From NCBI GenBank assembly GCA_977018835.1, contig OZ361257.1, positions 3,410,001 to 3,474,000 on the forward strand: a DNA stretch of 64,000 nucleotides, read 5' to 3'. Numbering within the stretch: position 1 is the first letter of the stretch; the number at the start of each line of letters is the position of its first letter. A model generated the notes under the pieces. The model ran no database searches and was not told the origin of the DNA. It was given only the letters and a program-made list of their open reading frames with translations. This DNA is from Minutocellus sp. GHC0000111 (lineage: Eukaryota). The position numbers and the translations under genes were made by a program. Shown here piece by piece: positions 58,443 to 64,000 of this stretch.

Positions 58443-59144
58443 CCTACCCTCCCTTCTACGATGCATGTCTGTCTCAAAGTTTAGTTTATAGGAAACACTG
58501 CTGGCGCAATTTTTGCCTGCTTGTCCTTTACATGTATTACTTAATATTTCATCTATTTGGGCGACACATTCCTACATGGCTTGATACATATATACCTCTA
58601 GAGACAATACATGTTGCATGATATATAGACTCGCGATGTATCCCCGGCTGCAGACTCCTCCATGCAGCAGATCAATCGGTCGAGAAGAGTACGGAAAAAG
58701 TTTCTATGACATCATATCGGCGCCCAAAAAGTGCTACTAGTAGTTGCGCTGGCGCGGCGATGGCCGCTCTCGGCCGCGCCTTGCCTTCGCTCAAGCAACG
58801 CAAAGCACCCATGGGCGTGAGGGCGTGAGCAACCCACAGCGCTACGTAGCTAGCGGCAGCCACAATCGAACAAGCACATCCCAGACGCCGCCCCCTTGAA
58901 ATCACGCTCTCTCACAGTGCATTCATCATTGCCTTGACTTGCGTGAATCTCATTGTTGTCAGAACAGTGGAGAAAGGTTACCCAAAGGCAAGTAAATCAA
59001 CCTCTGGACACAAAAGCGCTACACGTGCCACGTGCCAGGTGACCGAAGCGAAGCCAAATTCCATACTGGGTCCCTCCGACAAAATCATTTATTTGATTGC
59101 CGTTGCATTGGGAACAGGCAGAGTTTATATAATCTAACATCGTC

Positions 59145-60713
59145 ATGGCTACTGAGGACCGAACGGCGGAATTCCTCGCGATCGCGCAAAGCCTGGAGGC
59201 CGAGGGGGTCGGAGGGAAGAATGGTCCTGCGTCCGGAGGCGGTCCTCCGCCGTACCCCATTTCCCGCGCCCCGACGGGAATCCACGACAACACCTCGTCC
59301 GGCAGCGGAGCCATGCGCGGCCGGTACGGCGGGGCCGGCGCCGCCACGGCCGACCCATCCGACCCGTCCAACGAGCTGCGCAACTTCCACGGCACCGCGT
59401 CGGAGATATCCCGCGACATTGCCGCCACGTCGGCCATGCTTTCGGAGCTGGCCAGTCTTGTCCGAAGGCGCAATCTGTTCGTGGACGACACGGAGCGGGT
59501 CAACTGGCTCGTTCTGCGGATCAAGACGTCGATCCAAAGCCTCGACGGCAGACTCGACGAGGCCAGCGCCGTCATCGCGCGGAACAAGCGACGGCTCGGG
59601 CGGAACTCCCAGCGGGGGGAAGAGGTGGCCAACCTCGGCGAGACTCTCAAGGAGGAGTACGAGCAGATCGGAATGGGCTTCAAGTCCCTCCCGGAGGAGC
59701 GCAGCGCTCGGATGAAGGACAATGAGGACCGGAAGAAGGGTGTCATCGGCGGTGGTGACGGTGATGGACAGGGCGAGCTCGTCCTTGGCAATCGGCCAAT
59801 GGTGTACGATTCCCACGACGGCAGCGGCGGAGCAGGGTCTGGCGGGGATCGGGATGCCCTCCCCGGCAGGGGCGGTGCTCTAGGCGGTGGGCCCAACTCC
59901 TTCCTTGCCGCCAACAGCGCCCCGGGCGGACTAGGTGCCGGTCCGAGATTGGACCTGACCAGCGCCGTGATGATGGGCAAGCCAGGAGGTGGCGATCAAA
60001 TGTCTGCCGGCGAACCCAGCGGTAGCGGATATCTACCCAGGCCTGGTAAGTGTTTGTTGTTGACATGCTATGCCAAAAGCATGATTGGCGCTGCTATTTA
60101 GCCATTGGTGGTGTTGTATTGCTGTTGAATGTATGACGGATCTAATCAATTTCCTCATGTTTCCTTTCCTCAAAACGTCTCCAACTGAACAGGAGGGATT
60201 ATGCACGATGGTGGTGGATCCTCATCCCACTACTCCACACCCTCTTCTGGTATGCGATTGCGACATTCCAGCTCGGAACCAATGGGAGAATACTCTGGGT
60301 CATCCTCCTCGATGTACGGTGGAGGACAATCAGAGCACGGCACATCATCGCAGCAGCCGCTCACGCCGCTGGATATCATGCGAATGGAATCGGAATCCGG
60401 CCAGGGACAAATGATGCAGCTGATCCCCGATCAGAACTACCTCCGAGAACGCGCCGATGTGATGGAGACGGTAGAGTCGCACATGCTGGAATTGGGCAAC
60501 ATTTTCAACAAGCTCGCCGTCATGGTCAACGAGCACAGGGACATGGTCCAGAGAGTTGAGGACAATGTCGATGATGCCAACGACACCATCAACCTGAGTT
60601 TGGCGCAGCTCACCGATACTTTTGAGAATCTGAGAACGAACAGGGCCCTGGCGCTCAAAGTCTTCGCTGTCATTGTTGTATTCATTATTCTATTCATTAC
60701 CTTTTTCGCGTAG
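59145..60713 (+). CDS. STX5: Syntaxin-5/Sed5-like Qa-SNARE; exons 59145-60045, 60193-60713
   Basis: N-terminal DRTAEF motif, L..L....NLF.D Habc segment, SNARE motif VESHMLELGNIFNKLAVMVNEH...RVEDNVDD, C-terminal transmembrane helix; in-frame intron. Confidence 0.88.
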
Positions 60714-60999
60714 AATTCATATTATTTTTTGTTGGTTTATTTTAGAGGTGGGTGCCTCCCAAGAAAGGGAGGCGGAGAGCAGAGCTTCCTCTCTCGATCA
60801 AGTTCAATTCGTTGTTGCTAATAATTGTAAAACAATTGCACTTGATACTATACTTCCTAGAGCTACATGCAGAAAGATCCGACGCGGCAGGAGCACCTGT
60901 TCTATCTATGTATTATCATTAGTTGCCAACTAGCTACGTAGAAATTCCGAGTCAAAAAAGGATAAGATTGCAGGAAGCACATAATACGAACAAATAAAT

Positions 61000-63392
61000 T
61001 CAAAGCTTGCCAAAAACACTCCGAAACTCATCAAAGGTGATATTTCCCGAACCTGTATGGTCCATGGATTCAATGAGGACCTTTTGCTGTTCGTCTGTAA
61101 GATTTTTGTCAAGGTGGGTGAGTAGATCGCGAACCTCGTCGACACTCAACTCTCCGGAGTTATCCTTGTCGAGATCAACGAATGCTTGACGCAACTGATC
61201 ATGAACAGGAAAGGACTTGCGCGATCGTAGAACGACAGCGCGCTTGAATTCACGACGGTAGCACATATCATGCAGGGCTTTCTTAAGCTCAGGAGATCTG
61301 TGAAGCAGTTGGTTGAAACGATGATAGTCGAGGCGTCTACATTTGCACCCCTCTTTGCTCGAACAGGTCGCAGAGGCCTTTCTTGGTCGGTCCATCACAA
61401 GACTTTGGAGCCCAAACACATCTCCGGCTTGCATTTCATAGATAATATTTCCCTTCGGTCCACGGACATCAACCTTCCCTTCATTGAGAATGAAAAATTC
61501 ATCGGCTTCATCGCCAATGTTGAAAAGTATGTCTCCCTGCTCAAAGTCGACTCTTTCCAGTCCTGGTTGTTCGGATAGGATGAATTCTACGCGACCAAAG
61601 CTACGCGTGTTGATCTTCTCTCGCAGCCTCAGAGCCATTTTGGTGTCTCCCGAGCTCAGATATTTCTTAAAGTACTCCTTGTCCACCTGGATAACATGCA
61701 CAGGAGTTGTGCAGCGCAACGTCGCTGATCTTCTGGCGCCGGGGCGCAATAAACTACCCTCACCAAAGCTGTCGCCCTGGCCCAACTTCGCACGGAAGCC
61801 ATCCTTTGTAGACACCTCCACTGTGCCGCTATTGATAAAGTACATGTAGTCCCCTTCGTCGCCTTCATGAAAAATCACGTGGCCTCTGGGGAAATATTTG
61901 CTCTGCATGTGCTCTCCGACCAAATCAGTAAAACCTGACAAATTGATGGAATCTGCTGCAGATGCATCGGCTGCTGTGGATTCGACACCACCTTCATCAT
62001 CTGTGATCGTAGCTCCAACATATCGAGCGACATCATCCATAGTAACAAATCCCTTACCACTCTCATCCAGAGATGAAAACGCCTTCTCCAACAAGGACTT
62101 GCCCTTATGACTGGGATCATTCCGCTCATCGTCATCGGACCAGTTGATGAGATTATGGAAAACTTTTGCCTCGACTTTGCTCTGAAAGCGTCGCAATTTT
62201 GACAGTTTTTCGTCGAGACCCTCGATTACATCGCGCCTTGCTGTTTCTCCCTTAACCCAGGGATGCTCAAGCATCTCGTGTGCTGATAATCTTTTCTTTG
62301 GATCGTCTGCCATGAGTTTTGAAAGCAAGTCAATGGCAGACGGAGACAGATGGGCCGTATAAGGCGACCCATATAGAGGAGGAGTACGTTGTGCCTTGAT
62401 GTGCACCTCGATTTCCTCATCCGTTAAATTGGAATCCAGATCAAAAGGATGGAGACCAACCAGCATTATATAGAGGATAACGCCAAGACTCCAACAGTCC
62501 ATAGAGGGTGAAATAGGGGCGCCGTCATCAGAATCAAATGATTCAGGTGGGCAATATGCAGAAGTGGTTCCACCGGCTCTCCCGGGACGGATCATTCGGG
62601 CTGGTTGAAGGAGAGCAAGCTGAATTGCTTCTTCGTCAGATCCGTCACCGCCATCGAGGGGAGGGCCATCTCCCCAATACTCCGGGACGAGTTCTGGTTG
62701 TGCGAAGTTGCATCGAATCAAATTGAACCCGAATGAAAATGAATGAGCACGGATGAATTACATCAAGAAAGCAACGAAACATGGGAACAAAACTCACCAG
62801 CACATCCAAAGTCAACCAACTTTATTGTCGCTTCGTCTTTGTTTTTGGACGTCAGCATTAAATTCTCAGGCTTGAGGTCAGCGTGTACCAATCCAATTCC
62901 ATGCAAAAAGGAGAGAGCAGAAGCAACCTCTCGGATCAATCTGGCCGCTTCATATTCCGAATATGCTCCATTGTCAATCAAGAACTCAAACATTTCTCCG
63001 CCTTCAATCAAATCCAAGATCAAAATGAAGTCATTGGCTTCCTCAAAGTTTTCGCGGAGTTGGCATATGTTGGGATGTCCACCGCAGGCACGAATGTGCA
63101 GCAGGGCATTCATCTCGCGCTGGAACTCCAATTCGTCAGTGTATTCCTTGGATATGCGCTTGACAGCGACTCCTCGACCTGTTCGTTTATCTCTGGCGTA
63201 GTACACTTCTCCGTAGGCCCCGACGCCCAGCGGTTCTACATCGATGTCGTAGAGTGACTCGACGTTCTTCCCGGTTGCAGCAGAATTCATGCGACGAAGT
63301 GTCAACCGACGAGTCAGATCTCGGGTCGCCGTTGGTGATGCCTTTCTGGTACTACTATAAGTAGTACTGCTGCTTGCTTCGCACTGACACAT
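61000..63392 (-). CDS. CAMK-type Ser/Thr kinase with EF-hands and two cNMP-binding domains; exons 63392-62798, 62693-61000; native 5' end missing
   Basis: Complete kinase motifs, DESGKGFV EF-like loop, GDSFGEGSLL and GDVFGLQSL cNMP domains, DKDNSGELSVDE and DHTGSGNITFDE EF-hands. Confidence 0.88.
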
Positions 63393-63559
63393 CCTTTGGC
63401 TACTATCCAGCTTGAATGCGAGGTTTGGGATCTCCAATCCCTGAATCTGCTGGGGGTAATCGACCTTTGTCCTCCCTATGCCAGAACCCCACCTCCGTCA
63501 TGGAACATCAGCATCGTCACAAGAATCGAATCAAAAACAAAAGTACCAATTATCAAACC

Positions 63560-64000
63560 ATGACTACAAGCCCAGCCCTTATCTTTGGCATCAGCGGCGA
63601 CCAAGGCCGTGAAGTAGCGAGAGGTCTCCTCGCTGCTGGTTGCTACGGTCCGATCTTTGGCGTCACATCGTCTCTCGATCACGTCGCTGATCCCCAATCC
63701 ATCCCAAATGGCGTCCAACTTATGCAGGTAGATCTCGGCAACAAGGCCGAGGTGAAGAAGGTCCTGCTCGAGACCAAGGCCACGTCAATCTTTCTTGTCA
63801 CGACGACCGACCTACCACCAGAATCCAGTGCGATGGGGTCGCTAAAGGAGGCAGAAGAGTTTGAGTACGACGCGATTGTATCCTTCTTTGATACTCTCGT
63901 AGAAGTTCACAAGCATGACGACGGTGGCTTGACCCGCCACGTCGTTTTCAGCTGTCTCGACGACGTAGAGGCTATCGTAGCCGAAGCCGACGATAGCCTT
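63560..64000 (+). CDS. NmrA-like NAD(P)-binding Rossmann protein, 5' part (runs off the window, absent from the ORF track)
   Basis: MTTSPALIFGISGDQGREVARGLL (GxxGxxG) ... QVDLGN ... IFLVTT ... RHVVFS. Confidence 0.75.
   Translation, partial: MTTSPALIFGISGDQGREVARGLLAAGCYGPIFGVTSSLDHVADPQSIPNGVQLMQVDLGNKAEVKKVLLETKATSIFLVTTTDLPPESSAMGSLKEAEEFEYDAIVSFFDTLVEVHKHDDGGLTRHVVFSCLDDVEAIVAEADDSL

Overview
Eukaryotic, intron-containing DNA, most likely from a diatom or related stramenopile (short GT-AG introns, bipartite ASAF-type targeting peptide, diatom-type 'RGLE' orphan proteins, kinase-EF-hand-cNMP fusion). Host genes: PurL/PFAS (partial), a nucleotide-diphospho-sugar transferase, a TPR/SAP protein, a USP deubiquitinase, a pseudouridine glycosidase-kinase fusion, AsnA, a coiled-coil protein, spermidine synthase, a Cys-rich surface protein, syntaxin-5, a Ca2+/cNMP kinase and an NmrA-like protein (partial). 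Two mobile regions: a decayed ~4.7 kb Sola-like DNA transposon with 26-bp inverted repeats (21948-26625) and a ~17.4 kb Helitron-like element (~29322-46700). The latter is the most unusual part. It starts with telomeric TTAGGG repeats exactly at the break point of a 2 kb inverted duplicate of the kinase gene. Its RepHel gene is spliced in frame to a ubiquitin-like (RLRGG) domain, and it carries a divergent ~1,750-aa orphan gene. A 34-bp dyad (TTCY-N4-GAAYAC-N6-GTRTTY-N4-RGAA) sits in 7 of its 8 predicted introns, and two patches are stripped of both CpG and TpA. All family calls rest on motif recognition by eye; no database search was run.
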